A DNA stretch of 64,000 nt from an uncultured Gammaproteobacteria bacterium (GTDB taxonomy: Bacteria; Patescibacteriota; Microgenomatia; Daviesbacterales; UBA10151). Where the stretch lies: the NCBI GenBank assembly GCA_964446685.1, contig CAYUPO010000001.1:104502-168501 (forward strand). Reading direction: 5' to 3'. Positions 1 through 9,523 of the stretch are shown in pieces. Both the position numbers and the translations under genes were made by a program. The notes beneath the pieces were generated by a model. The model saw nothing but the letters and a program-made list of their open reading frames with translations, had not been told where the DNA came from and searched no databases. The first letter of the stretch is position 1. Every line of letters starts with the position of its first letter.

Positions 1-14
1 TATCATATTTTCCC

Positions 15-148
15 TGTCATTCTGATCCGCCAGCTGGCGGAGAAGAATCTCTGAACCGATTCGGCCTGAGGGCTCACGGTCTCGAAGACTTGTTTCAGAT
101 CTTAGACCTCGCATTCGCGAGAGATCCTTCACTTCGTTCAGGATAACA
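15..148. repeat. Composite GTCAT-tagged REP-like palindromic element with nested inserts
   Basis: TGTCATTCTGA...GAAGAATCTC arm and GAGATCCTTCACTTCGTTCAGGATAACA arm; perfect palindrome TCCGCCAGCTGGCGGA at 26-41; CTGAA[33 nt]CTTGTTTCAG at 51-98 resembles the rarA insert. Confidence 0.8.
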
Positions 149-159
149 TGCTCCAGCCC

Positions 160-675
160 TTATTTGTTTAAATATTTTTTATATCCTGCTTTTTCTAACT
201 TGGCATTTTTTTCTAAAACCATTTTCTCCAAATCTTTCATGTAATTATTTAACATGCTAGTTAGTTTTTCATCACTAGCAGCTAATATTTTTACTGCCAA
301 AAGTCCGGCATTTTTTGCTCCATTGATAGCAACAGTTGCAACTGGAATCCCAGGAGGCATCTGAACTATCGAATAAAGTGAATCTACTCCACTCAGTGTT
401 TTTGTCTGAACCGGTACTCCGATGACTGGTAAAGTTGTCAGTGATGCAACCATTCCTGGTAAATGAGCTGAGCCACCAGCTCCAGCGATAATTACTTTCA
501 ACCCTCTCTCCTGAGCTGATTGAGCATAGTCATACATCAGCTTAGGAGTCCGATGAGCTGAAACAATTTTTATCTCATATTCAACCCCAAACTCTTCCAG
601 CATTTCGGATGCCTCTTTCATAATCGGCAGATCAGAATCAGATCCCATGATGATACTTATAATAGGTTTATGCAT
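160..675 (-). CDS. purE: N5-CAIR mutase
   Basis: [40 protein letters not shown] motifs. Confidence 0.97.
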   Translation of the reverse strand: MHKPIISIIMGSDSDLPIMKEASEMLEEFGVEYEIKIVSAHRTPKLMYDYAQSAQERGLKVIIAGAGGSAHLPGMVASLTTLPVIGVPVQTKTLSGVDSLYSIVQMPPGIPVATVAINGAKNAGLLAVKILAASDEKLTSMLNNYMKDLEKMVLEKNAKLEKAGYKKYLNK

Positions 676-690
676 AATTTTTTTTGTATT

Positions 691-762
691 TTCTCACTTC
701 GTTCGAAAAATATTTTAATGCGGAGCAGCAAGCTCTGCTTATTGTTCGAGAGAATTCGAGAA
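691..762. repeat. Degenerate inverted-repeat element (TTCTCACTTCGTTCGAA / TTCGAGAGAATTCGAGAA)
   Basis: Imperfect inverted arms at 691-707 and 745-762 around a small hairpin (GCGGAGC AGCAA GCTCTGC); resembles the GAGCGAAGTCGA family. Confidence 0.5.
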
Positions 763-767
763 CTTTC

Positions 768-1895
768 CTAAATGCTAATGTATTTCCTCGCTGCTCTGGC
801 TTTTTTCCAGGCGTCGTTAATACTTTTTCCAACGGCATTGATATGACCCATTTTTCTTTCTATTTTAGTTTCGGCTTTTCCATACAGATGAATAAATACC
901 CCAGGAATTGCCAGAGCCCTTTCCATCCCTTTAACTTCAGATGCACCTGACCTGGTTCCTAAAATATTGACCATCACCACTGATGGATATATTAACTCAG
1001 TTTTGCCCAAAGGCATACCGGTAATTGCCCGGATGTGTTGTTGGAATTGATTGGTGAGCGAAGCGTCCATCGTGTAGTGCCCACTGTTATGAACCCGGGG
1101 AGCTATTTCATTAACTATCACTTTTCCCTGCTTGGTAACAAACATTTCAATTCCAAAAATCCCTGCGCCTTTTAATACTTTCATAACTTCGGCTGCTGTT
1201 TCCTCAGATTTTTTTATAATATTTTTGGATACTCTGGCCGGAACAAAAACAGTATGACAGATATTATTTTTATGAACTGTTTCAACAACCGGATGAGTTT
1301 TTATTTCACCTTTGGTATTTCTGGCCACCATTACTGCAACTTCTTTGCTAAATGGAATCCAACCTTCAACATACAACGATTTACCATGAAGTTTTTTTAA
1401 AGCATAATCGATTTGAGTTTTGTTTTTGATTACCACATTTCCTTTTCCATCATAGCCCCCTACTCTGGCTTTTAAAACTAATGGATATCCCAGTTCTTCG
1501 GCTGCTTTTTCAATATCATCTTTGGTTTCAATCGCCATAAATGGAGCCACCGGAATTTTGTATTTCGTTAAAAATTGTTTTTGGATTAACTTATCTTTGA
1601 TTATTTCCAAAGTTTTAGCAGATGGGTTGACACTAATTCCTGATTTAGCCAGTTCATCCAGTAATACTGAATTAGCCAGTTCCCACTCGATGGTTAAAAA
1701 ATCAGATCTCTCAGCTAATGTTTTCATTGCTTTTGGATCATCCAGACTGGCCAGAATCTGTTTGTCTGCTACCTGACCGGCAGGAGAATTTGGCGTAGGA
1801 TCCAGCACAGTCACAAAAAAACCCAATTTTTTTGCTTCAAAAATCAACATCCGTGCTAACTGCCCTCCCCCAACTATTCCAATTCTATTTTTCAT
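768..1895 (-). CDS. purK: N5-CAIR synthetase (ATP-grasp)
   Basis: GGGQLARM, GYDGKG, NEIAPRVHNSGH, HLYGK..RKMGH. Confidence 0.97.
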   Translation of the reverse strand: MKNRIGIVGGGQLARMLIFEAKKLGFFVTVLDPTPNSPAGQVADKQILASLDDPKAMKTLAERSDFLTIEWELANSVLLDELAKSGISVNPSAKTLEIIKDKLIQKQFLTKYKIPVAPFMAIETKDDIEKAAEELGYPLVLKARVGGYDGKGNVVIKNKTQIDYALKKLHGKSLYVEGWIPFSKEVAVMVARNTKGEIKTHPVVETVHKNNICHTVFVPARVSKNIIKKSEETAAEVMKVLKGAGIFGIEMFVTKQGKVIVNEIAPRVHNSGHYTMDASLTNQFQQHIRAITGMPLGKTELIYPSVVMVNILGTRSGASEVKGMERALAIPGVFIHLYGKAETKIERKMGHINAVGKSINDAWKKARAARKYISI

Positions 1896-2541
1896 TGTTA
1901 ATTGATTGTATTATATCTGGAATTTCTCTTAAATCCTCAATAACATAGTCTGCCAAAGAGAAGTCGATTGTTTGATTATGAGTGCCTTTACGAGCTATAA
2001 GAATCATATTTGCAGACTTTGCTGCATTAAACCCATGAACTGAATCTTCAATTACTACTGATTCAATTGGACTGACATTTAATAAGTATGCCGCTTTTAA
2101 GAAAATTTCGGGATCTGGCTTTGACTTTTTTACCATAGTACCAAACATTTTTGCGTTAAAAAAATCTAATAAATTATTCCGGCTTAATACCGCTTCAGCA
2201 TATTTTTCTTCTGTTGATGTAGCTAATGCTTGTTTATACATTTTTGACAGTACATCCATTACTTCATATGCAAAAGAAATGGTACCTACTTTATTTACAA
2301 AATCTTCTTCTATTAGCTGATTGCGTGCATCCATTAATAAATCCAGATTAATCTTTTTTCCACTTTTTTTAATTACATCATTAAATTCTTCCTCAATCTT
2401 GGTACCCGAATATCTTTTTGTAATTTCTTCTGGAGTAATATTAATACCTGATGATTTCAGGGCTTGTGATTCAATCTGGGCATGAATATGTTCAGAATCT
2501 ATTAACACTCCATCCATATCCCAAATTATTGCTTTTATCAT
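1885..2541 (-). CDS. HAD-family phosphatase (beta-PGM/CbbY-like)
   Basis: DMDGVLIDSE, KPDPEIF, IEDS motifs. Confidence 0.9.
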   Translation of the reverse strand: MIKAIIWDMDGVLIDSEHIHAQIESQALKSSGINITPEEITKRYSGTKIEEEFNDVIKKSGKKINLDLLMDARNQLIEEDFVNKVGTISFAYEVMDVLSKMYKQALATSTEEKYAEAVLSRNNLLDFFNAKMFGTMVKKSKPDPEIFLKAAYLLNVSPIESVVIEDSVHGFNAAKSANMILIARKGTHNQTIDFSLADYVIEDLREIPDIIQSINNEK

Positions 2542-2562
2542 AATTAAATTTTCTGTCGTAAT

Positions 2563-2593
2563 AACAATCTAACAATTCAACAATCTAAACAAT
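2563..2593. repeat. Short ~8-nt periodic repeat (AACAATCT)n
   Basis: aacaatct-aacaattc-aacaatct-aaacaatt at the 3' end of purB. Confidence 0.55.
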
Positions 2594-3976
2594 TATTTTT
2601 CTTATTTTATTTACCAGTTTTTTTGCTCTTTGTGGTGCAGTTCCGAGATGGTTTGTGATCTGTAAACATTCGTTGATCTCGGGTGAAGAAAGGAACTGTT
2701 TAATGTATTTATCCTGAGTAATATTTTCTGCAAGTTCGTTTTTTTCTCCGTTTTGAATTTTATCCCATGAAGCTATGGCATAATCTCTGATCAGATGATG
2801 CATTTTTTGCCTGTCAGCGCCTTTTTTAACTGCTTTTAAAATAACTTCTTCAGTGGCAGTAAATGATGCAAATTTTTCTAAATTGTTTTTTACCTGAGTT
2901 GTATTGACGGTAAAATCTTTAGCAATTTTTTGTGATGAAGAAAGGATTTCATCAACGGCTAAAAACATTTCCGGCATATATGATCTTTTATTGGCTGAAT
3001 CATCTATTGTCCGCTCCAAAAGTGATAAAGCTGCATTGTCCCAGGCGTTTCTTTCAAGGGAAACAACTAATCTGGCCAAGGAACAAATTTGTTCTGACTT
3101 GATCGGATTTTTCTTAAAAGGCATCGCGGATGACCCAACCTGATTTTTGCCAAAAGGTTCAACCCATTCGCCAAAGCCTGCTGACTGGAGGACTCTAACA
3201 TCAAAAGCAAATTTATGCAGTGATTGAGCGATTGATGAAAGCAGTTGGGCAACTAAAGTATCAAATTTACGGGGAGATGTCTGACCGGCAATTAAAACCG
3301 GTTCTACTCCAAGATTTGTCATAATTTGTTTTTCAAAATCGGCTGATTCCTTTTCCCCAATTAACTTACTGTAACTAGCGGCTGTTCCAACAGCCCCTTT
3401 TAATCCTTTGGCTCTAAACTGTTTTTTGACAAATTCCAGATGCTCCAAGTCCAGCAATAAATCCTGAGCATACATCGCCAGACGATAACCAATAGTTGTT
3501 GGTTCAGCTGCCTGAAGATGGGTATAGGCTAAAGTTGGAGTTGTCAGATACTGATCGATTTTATCGGCAAAAATATTTAATAGCTCTTTTAGGCTTTTTT
3601 CAGTAATACTAAGCGCTTCCTGAACTCTAAGTGAATCAGTATTATCTACAATATCCATACTGGTTGCGCCAAGATGGATTTTACCTCCCCCTACTACTGC
3701 TTTCTCTGCAAATTCTCTGATTCCTGCGACAAGGTCATGGTGTGTTTCTTTTTCAATTTCAGAAATCCGATTTATATCAATGTTATTTTGATTCTTTTTA
3801 AGATCAGCGAGTTCTTTCTTTGAAACCAAACCAAATTTGGCCTGAGCAGTTGCTATTTCCACCCAGATTTTTCTCCATAACTGATATTTTCTTTCTTCTG
3901 AAAATATTTGTCTCATTGCTGCGCAGCCGTATCGCCAGGAGAAGGGGGATTGAAATGTAGAGTAATCAGTTTTCAT
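2585..3976 (-). CDS. purB: Adenylosuccinate lyase
   Basis: HLGATS, THLQAAEPTT, GSSAMPFKKNP signature; start set at MKTDY because the upstream ATG (3988) lies in a repeat. Confidence 0.95.
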   Translation of the reverse strand: MKTDYSTFQSPFSWRYGCAAMRQIFSEERKYQLWRKIWVEIATAQAKFGLVSKKELADLKKNQNNIDINRISEIEKETHHDLVAGIREFAEKAVVGGGKIHLGATSMDIVDNTDSLRVQEALSITEKSLKELLNIFADKIDQYLTTPTLAYTHLQAAEPTTIGYRLAMYAQDLLLDLEHLEFVKKQFRAKGLKGAVGTAASYSKLIGEKESADFEKQIMTNLGVEPVLIAGQTSPRKFDTLVAQLLSSIAQSLHKFAFDVRVLQSAGFGEWVEPFGKNQVGSSAMPFKKNPIKSEQICSLARLVVSLERNAWDNAALSLLERTIDDSANKRSYMPEMFLAVDEILSSSQKIAKDFTVNTTQVKNNLEKFASFTATEEVILKAVKKGADRQKMHHLIRDYAIASWDKIQNGEKNELAENITQDKYIKQFLSSPEINECLQITNHLGTAPQRAKKLVNKIRKIIV

Positions 3977-3983
3977 TATTAAC

Positions 3984-4165
3984 GACATTGCGAGAATGAG
4001 TCTTCGAATGACGAAGCAATCTCACAACATTAAGTCAACCAAGTAACAAAGTTAATTCTTAGAAACAGATTGCCGCGCGTTAATTCTTAGTAATTTCGCT
4101 CGCCACGATCAGTTTCATGATTGTGGCTCGCCACGATCAGTTTCATGATTGTGGCTCGCAATGAC
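3984..4165. repeat. GTCATTGCGAG-type REP-like element carrying a tandem 28-nt hairpin duplication
   Basis: GACATTGCGAG..CGAAGCAATCTC left arm, AGATTGCCGCG..GCTCGCAATGAC right arm; GCTCGCCACGATCAGTTTCATGATTGTG repeated at 4098-4125 and 4126-4153. Confidence 0.8.
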
Positions 4166-4171
4166 GGTTTC

Positions 4172-5278
4172 CTAACTCAGTATTAACTCAAGTTTATTTT
4201 GACCCACTGCCAGCTTGATTTCTTTTGCTACTCTTCTACCAACTGTAATCGGCTCACCGTATAAATATCCGGCATATGGGGTAGCTGAAATTCCCGGACT
4301 TCCCGGCATTCGGGGTGAAACATCAAAGACGACTATTTCTTTTTTTGGTGGACCAGGTAATATCATCGCCTGTAACCCAAATGGACCAATCACCCCTGGA
4401 TCTACATGTTTGGCTGCAGCGGCAACAAATCTTTCACCCATGGCAAATATATCTCCCAGTAAAGATTCTAAAACAGTGACTGCTATATGACCGGCTTCTT
4501 CGTATTTGACAGAAATACTTTGAATAACTTTTTCAATATCTACTCCAGGAATTTTGCTGAATCCTTCCAAATTAGTTTGTCTTCTGGTATCAGTGCCTGA
4601 GAGTTCAAGACGTTTAGTAATTGGAGAATAAAAATAATTAAAATTAACCTGTACCCCAACCAGAAACTCTTCAATCACTACTTTTTTAAGTTGCTCCTCT
4701 GTAAAATCTCCTCTTTCAAGTCTTAGTTCAACTTCTGACTGAAATTCTTTATAAGATGAGACAGTGAAAAAAGATCTTTCAAACCCTCTTTCCTGTTCCA
4801 GTACTTTGACCAGACATAATCTATCTATTTTTTTAGGATCGGTAAATTGTTTAGGGTAGCGAATTTTAGCTGCATCCAGTAAGTCATATTGATTTGGTTT
4901 GACTCCCCGTTCTTCAGTTTTGAGTAAAAATTTATTTCCAAACATCGGAACTTTAAACTTCTTTTCAATCGATGGATAGTCATTGAGATAGACCTCAAAT
5001 GATCTGTTGGGAACAAAGATGACATTTTTTTCTAACAGTTTTTTTTGAATATCAGGATTTAAAATATCTTTAAATTTTTCCAGTTCTAAAACCTCATCTA
5101 CACAACCTAATTCACCATTAGTTTTATAATGTTTACTGTAGACATCACCTCGGCCTTTTTGAGTAATAACCAGTGTTTTAAATCCTTCATCTTTGGCCCC
5201 TCTGGCAACATCTAAGGCAGAATGAGAACCAATAGAAGCAACTGTGATGTTTTGGCTGGTGTAAGATTTAAGATTCAT
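4172..5278 (-). CDS. purP: PurP-family FAICAR synthetase-like ATP-grasp protein (paralogue 2)
   Basis: IGSHSALDVARGAKDEGF, FVPNRSF, D-R-QTN, GPFGLQ, DVSPRMPGSPG, GRRVAKEIK. Confidence 0.88.
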   Translation of the reverse strand: MNLKSYTSQNITVASIGSHSALDVARGAKDEGFKTLVITQKGRGDVYSKHYKTNGELGCVDEVLELEKFKDILNPDIQKKLLEKNVIFVPNRSFEVYLNDYPSIEKKFKVPMFGNKFLLKTEERGVKPNQYDLLDAAKIRYPKQFTDPKKIDRLCLVKVLEQERGFERSFFTVSSYKEFQSEVELRLERGDFTEEQLKKVVIEEFLVGVQVNFNYFYSPITKRLELSGTDTRRQTNLEGFSKIPGVDIEKVIQSISVKYEEAGHIAVTVLESLLGDIFAMGERFVAAAAKHVDPGVIGPFGLQAMILPGPPKKEIVVFDVSPRMPGSPGISATPYAGYLYGEPITVGRRVAKEIKLAVGQNKLELILS

Positions 5279-5291
5279 GATTTACTAATTA

Positions 5292-5615
5292 TCAACTGCC
5301 CCCTACATCTGTCATTCTGGCTTGTCCAGAATCAAACAAAGTAGTATACAAATCGACCATTTCTGGATTCAAACTTTCTATCATTTTAAGTTTATTATCC
5401 CTATTCATATTTTTTATTTGTTTTTCCCGGATAATTCCTTCTATCTGTCCTTCAACAACTTCATAGTACAAAAGCTTATGCAAATGATACTTCCTAGTAA
5501 ATCCATCTACCAATTCTTCTTTATGCTCAGTAACTCTTTTTATTAAGTCACTTGTGACACCTGTATACAATGTAGGTCTATTATTACCCATAATGTAAAC
5601 ATACATCTGTTTCAT
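5292..5615 (-). CDS. Small GIY-YIG nuclease family protein
   Basis: YVYIM..LYTGVTSDL.KRV.EHK, FTRKY, REKQIK; C-terminus (DSGQARMT) is encoded by the flanking repeat. Confidence 0.92.
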   Translation of the reverse strand: MKQMYVYIMGNNRPTLYTGVTSDLIKRVTEHKEELVDGFTRKYHLHKLLYYEVVEGQIEGIIREKQIKNMNRDNKLKMIESLNPEMVDLYTTLFDSGQARMTDVGGS

Positions 5616-5691
5616 CTTGTTTAGATTCTGGACAGATATTTTTAAGGCTAAGTTAATTCCAATCTAAACAATTAAGGTAGCCAGAATGACA
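5310..5691. mobile_element. Putative GIY-YIG/REP module 1 (nuclease gene between 24-bp inverted repeats)
   Basis: TGTCATTCTGGCTTGTCCAGAATC (5310-5333); its exact reverse complement at 5624-5691 is split by a 44-nt insert (5635-5678). Confidence 0.7.
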
Positions 5692-5696
5692 AATGG

Positions 5697-6710
5697 TTAA
5701 TTTAATATAAGTTCAAGTTTTTTCTGTTCGATAGCCCTCTTGATCTCTCTGGCTATTCTTCTTCCGGTACTCATTGGTTCATCATAATTTAAATCAGAAT
5801 AAGAGCTGCCATTGGTAAACAAATTAGTTCCGGCGACTATCCGGCAGGAAATTTCCATCGCCACAAATTTTTGATCTGGTGTTATAACAGTTTCCAAGCA
5901 AAATGGACCAAACAAGCCTTTTTTATCGATTAATTCTTTTGATGAACGAATAACTGACTCTCCCATAGCATAAGCTTCAGGTAAAAGGGATTCTCTTAGT
6001 ACTAGTGGACTATTGCCTACAACAACATAGCTTGGATCAATGTCTAATCCTTCCTGTCCGTGAAGCGGGATTCTGCCTAATCCATCAACATTGGTTTCAT
6101 ATCGTCTGTCCATCGACATTATTTCTATTTCTCCTGTCAGTGGAGAATGGAAGTAATGAATATAAAGTGTTACACCAATTACATATTCCTGAATAATAAA
6201 TTCATCAGTTTTGAGACTTTTTATTTTTTTAAGGAAATCTTCTTTATCACGAGCATAAAAATAACCTTTTCCTCCAGCTGCACCATATGTTTTTACAATT
6301 ACCGGATAGGTCACATCATCTAAATCATCAAATTGTTTTGGCATTGGTATTCTGGCATGAAGCAACCACTCCCTTTGCATTCCTCTATCCCCTTCCCAGT
6401 CCAGGACAGCTTTATTACCAAAATAAGGAATAGACAATTTTTTGTTGTTTTCAGTACCAAGATAAGCCACAAATGAACCATGAGGAACTAAAATGATATT
6501 TTGTTTAAGAAGCTGCTTTTCAACTTTTTTAAACTGACTAAAATGAGGAACAGTTAAAATAGTATCGATAAATTTAAACCGCTTGTAGAAAGACTCCCTT
6601 TCATGGGTCGTAACAATCAGTGTTTTAAAACCTTCTTGTTTAGCTCCATGCAGAATCTGAAGAGAAGAATGCGAACCCAAAGTTGCAATAGTGTAATCAC
6701 TAAATTTCAT
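5697..6710 (-). CDS. purP: Formate-dependent FAICAR synthetase (archaeal-type PurP)
   Basis: LGSHSSLQILHGAKQEGF, PHGSFVAY, GGKGYF, DRRYETNVDG, GPFCLE, RIVAGTN, STGRRIAREIK; start set at MKFSD. Confidence 0.93.
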   Translation of the reverse strand: MKFSDYTIATLGSHSSLQILHGAKQEGFKTLIVTTHERESFYKRFKFIDTILTVPHFSQFKKVEKQLLKQNIILVPHGSFVAYLGTENNKKLSIPYFGNKAVLDWEGDRGMQREWLLHARIPMPKQFDDLDDVTYPVIVKTYGAAGGKGYFYARDKEDFLKKIKSLKTDEFIIQEYVIGVTLYIHYFHSPLTGEIEIMSMDRRYETNVDGLGRIPLHGQEGLDIDPSYVVVGNSPLVLRESLLPEAYAMGESVIRSSKELIDKKGLFGPFCLETVITPDQKFVAMEISCRIVAGTNLFTNGSSYSDLNYDEPMSTGRRIAREIKRAIEQKKLELILN

Positions 6711-6845
6711 TGTATTGTGAAACAAATTGAAAAGATCAAAGAATTATAGATAACACCTCGAATAGTTTCAAGAGACTTTTCAATATATTGTATAGCTTAT
6801 AAAGTCCGATTTGTCCAGATGATATATTGATGCAACAACAATTCA

Positions 6846-7409
6846 TTGGTAAACTCAGCTCTAACAATGACTGAATTACCTGAAAGAAGAACAATCTATA
6901 TTGGTGAAAGAGCCGTAGATACAGCTTTAATCATAGAAGCTTCAGATTCGTTACTCGATTGCAATTTACAGGTAGTAGATGCCTTGCAACAAAATTTATC
7001 AATTATTAATCCTGGACTTGATACCAGACCTGAAAGTTTTGCTGTTCGACAAGCCTTAGATAAAATATCTCTCGGTGAAAAATTACGCAAGCGTTGGAAA
7101 AAAGATGAAGTTGCCTTAGTAAGACTGCTGGTAGAGTCCGGAATACATACTCATCCTGCTAAAATTTGGGATAAAATTCTGCATATCTTTCCTTATGCCA
7201 GAGAACTTCCGAGAAAGGACGATGCAGAAAATTTTCTTAATTCAAGAAAGGCAAGTATTCAAGTTATTCAATCACCAGCTATGAAATACCGATTAGGAAG
7301 TCTGAAAACTGCCGGCTTTACTATGGTTCAAAATACGATTTTGCGAGGCGCAATGCAAACCCAAACTTACATGTTACCAACTCATCCCGGAAGATTTAGT
7401 CCCAACTAA
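6846..7409 (+). CDS. Hypothetical protein
   Basis: 187-aa ORF filling the intergenic gap; start may be the ATG at 6867; no motif recognised. Confidence 0.65.
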   Translation: MVNSALTMTELPERRTIYIGERAVDTALIIEASDSLLDCNLQVVDALQQNLSIINPGLDTRPESFAVRQALDKISLGEKLRKRWKKDEVALVRLLVESGIHTHPAKIWDKILHIFPYARELPRKDDAENFLNSRKASIQVIQSPAMKYRLGSLKTAGFTMVQNTILRGAMQTQTYMLPTHPGRFSPN

Positions 7410-7424
7410 TTAATAGCTACAGTT

Positions 7425-8996
7425 TTATTCCCATTCCATAGTTGCGGGAGGCTTTGTTGTTATATCATAAACTACTCTATTAACTTCTGTTACTTCGGTT
7501 ACTATTCTGTTTGAAATTTTCATTAATAATTCAAATGGTAAATTAGCTACATCTGCACTCATGGCATCTTTAGCATCCAGAGCTCTTAAGGCAATTGTTT
7601 CTCCATAAACTCTTTGATCACCTCTGACACCGGTTGTTTTGATGTTTGTAAAAATAGCAAAAGCCTGCCAGAGTTTGTCCTGCAATTTGGCTTTTAAAAT
7701 CTCTTCCTGGACTATAAAATCCGCTTGCCTTAAAATCTCTAAATTATAGTCAGTGACAGCTCCAATGATTCTAACTGCAAGGCCTGGACCTGGGAATGGC
7801 TGTCTTTTAACCACTGAATCCGGCATTCCCAGCAATTTACCAACCTGTCTGACTTGATCTTTATAAAAAAGCCGCAAAGGCTCAATTAGGGCCAGTTTCA
7901 TGACTTCTGGTAGCCCACCAACATTGTGATGGGACTTTATATTCTGAGAATGTTTGGTTCCCTGACTTTCTATCACATCTGGATAAATTGTGCCCTGGAC
8001 TAGAAATGTGGCACCAATCTTTTTGGCTTCTCTGTCAAAGATATCTATGAATGTTTTACCAATAATTTTTCTTTTGGTTTCCGGATCAACTACTCCTTTT
8101 AAGGCAGATAGAAATTCTTTTTTGGCATTAATGATCTGCACTTTCATGTGATAATGGTCTTTAAAAACTTTTTTCAAAACATCAGTTTCTCCTTTTCGCA
8201 TTAGTCCTGAATCAATATAAAAAGAAGTAAGCTTGGTTCCGATTGCCCGATGAACTAAGAGAGCAGCAACTGATGAATCGACTCCGCCGGATAAAGCGCA
8301 GATCGCTTTTTCATTACCAACCGACTCTTTAATATCTTCAATCATTTCAGCTACATATTTTTTATTTAAGGGAGATAACTCTGGTTTTAAACCACAGATT
8401 TTTAGAAAGTTGGATAAAATTGTTTCACCAAATTGGGTATGCACTAACTCTGGATGAAACTGAATACCAAAAAGTTTTCTTTTTTCATCTGACATAGCAG
8501 CCACAGGAATAGTTTTGGTAGTGGCATTTGTGACAAATCCTTTTGGTGGTTTCATTACTGAATCTCCATGCGACATCCAGACATTAAATTCCTCAGATGT
8601 TCCTTCAAATAAAGAATTTGCTTTTGATACCTTTCCTACATTTGATACCTTTAAATTAGCTGGCCCATACTCCCGTATTTTCCCTGGTTTTACATCTCCT
8701 TTTAAAAGGTGTGCCATCAGTTGCTGCCCATAACAAATCCCTAAAATTGGAATACCTAATTTAAATACCTCTTCAGAAATAGTTGGACTATCTTTTTCAT
8801 AAACAGAAGACGGCCCTCCTGAAAAAATAATCCCCATAACGTCATTCCCGCGACCTGTACTGAGCGAAGTCGAAGTAAAGCGGGAATCTAAATCAATATT
8901 CTCTGGCAAAATAATTTTTGTCTTCACCCCAAATTCATTTATTCTCCGGGAAATCAGATGTGTTGATTGTGAACCAAAATCGATAATTATTATCAT
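7425..8996 (-). CDS. guaA: GMP synthase (glutamine-hydrolysing), with in-frame repeat insertions
   Basis: DFGSQ, SGGPSSV, GICYG, QFHPE, LSGGVDS, IKSHHNVGG, KPPATMEWE. Confidence 0.97.
   Translation of the reverse strand: MIIIIDFGSQSTHLISRRINEFGVKTKIILPENIDLDSRFTSTSLSTGRGNDVMGIIFSGGPSSVYEKDSPTISEEVFKLGIPILGICYGQQLMAHLLKGDVKPGKIREYGPANLKVSNVGKVSKANSLFEGTSEEFNVWMSHGDSVMKPPKGFVTNATTKTIPVAAMSDEKRKLFGIQFHPELVHTQFGETILSNFLKICGLKPELSPLNKKYVAEMIEDIKESVGNEKAICALSGGVDSSVAALLVHRAIGTKLTSFYIDSGLMRKGETDVLKKVFKDHYHMKVQIINAKKEFLSALKGVVDPETKRKIIGKTFIDIFDREAKKIGATFLVQGTIYPDVIESQGTKHSQNIKSHHNVGGLPEVMKLALIEPLRLFYKDQVRQVGKLLGMPDSVVKRQPFPGPGLAVRIIGAVTDYNLEILRQADFIVQEEILKAKLQDKLWQAFAIFTNIKTTGVRGDQRVYGETIALRALDAKDAMSADVANLPFELLMKISNRIVTEVTEVNRVVYDITTKPPATMEWE
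8623..8649. repeat. 9-nt periodic repeat inside guaA
   Basis: TTTGATACC-TTTCCTACA-TTTGATACC, encoding KVSNVGKVSK; same unit family as the folA insert. Confidence 0.55.
8840..8890. repeat. Nested palindromic element inserted in frame in guaA
   Basis: CGTCATTCCCGCGA[CCTGTACTGAGCGAAGTCGAAGTA]AAGCGGGAATCTA, encoding LDSRFTSTSLSTGRGND. Confidence 0.88.
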
Positions 8997-9523
8997 AAAT
9001 TATTTAAAATAAACTCCATTCTTTTTTCCGATTTCATAACAGGTACCCTGACAACCGTGTGACCATATTTTATATATGTTTCCTCTAATAAGCTATCTAT
9101 CTCTTTTGCTTCTTCTGCAGTCTCTGTTCTGGAATAATCTTTTGAGTATTGCAATAAATCAAAGATAAATACTTTTTTATATTTACTTAGTTTGGCAATT
9201 TCAGATAACTCATACTCATCTGTTATCCCACATTTTTTCAAATACGCAATGGAATCATGCATCCCCCTATCAAAAAAAATCATTTCATTCTTAGACAAAG
9301 ACTTTTCAAGTTGAATTTTTAAATTTACCTGAGCTTTTTGGAATTCAATTTCATTTTCTCTAATCTGTTCCAGAGTTCTACCTTTTTTCAACTCTTGATC
9401 AATTAGTTTTCTAGCAACCTCTTCAGTAATTTTAAACCCTTTTTTGCTTAATAATTTAAGCACTGTGGTTTTGCCTGATGATGGAGGACCTGTTATCACA
9501 TACCAATTATTCTGACTATTCAT
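8993..9523 (-). CDS. P-loop NTPase (AAA_28 / NadR-kinase-like)
   Basis: ITGPPSSGKTT Walker A, FFDRG.HD..AY, R.E motif. Confidence 0.85.
   Translation of the reverse strand: MNSQNNWYVITGPPSSGKTTVLKLLSKKGFKITEEVARKLIDQELKKGRTLEQIRENEIEFQKAQVNLKIQLEKSLSKNEMIFFDRGMHDSIAYLKKCGITDEYELSEIAKLSKYKKVFIFDLLQYSKDYSRTETAEEAKEIDSLLEETYIKYGHTVVRVPVMKSEKRMEFILNNL

Noticed and set aside
4098-4165. Possible mini-CRISPR array (28-nt palindromic repeats)
   Set aside because: The repeats are adjacent with no spacers, there are only two copies, and no cas genes are present.
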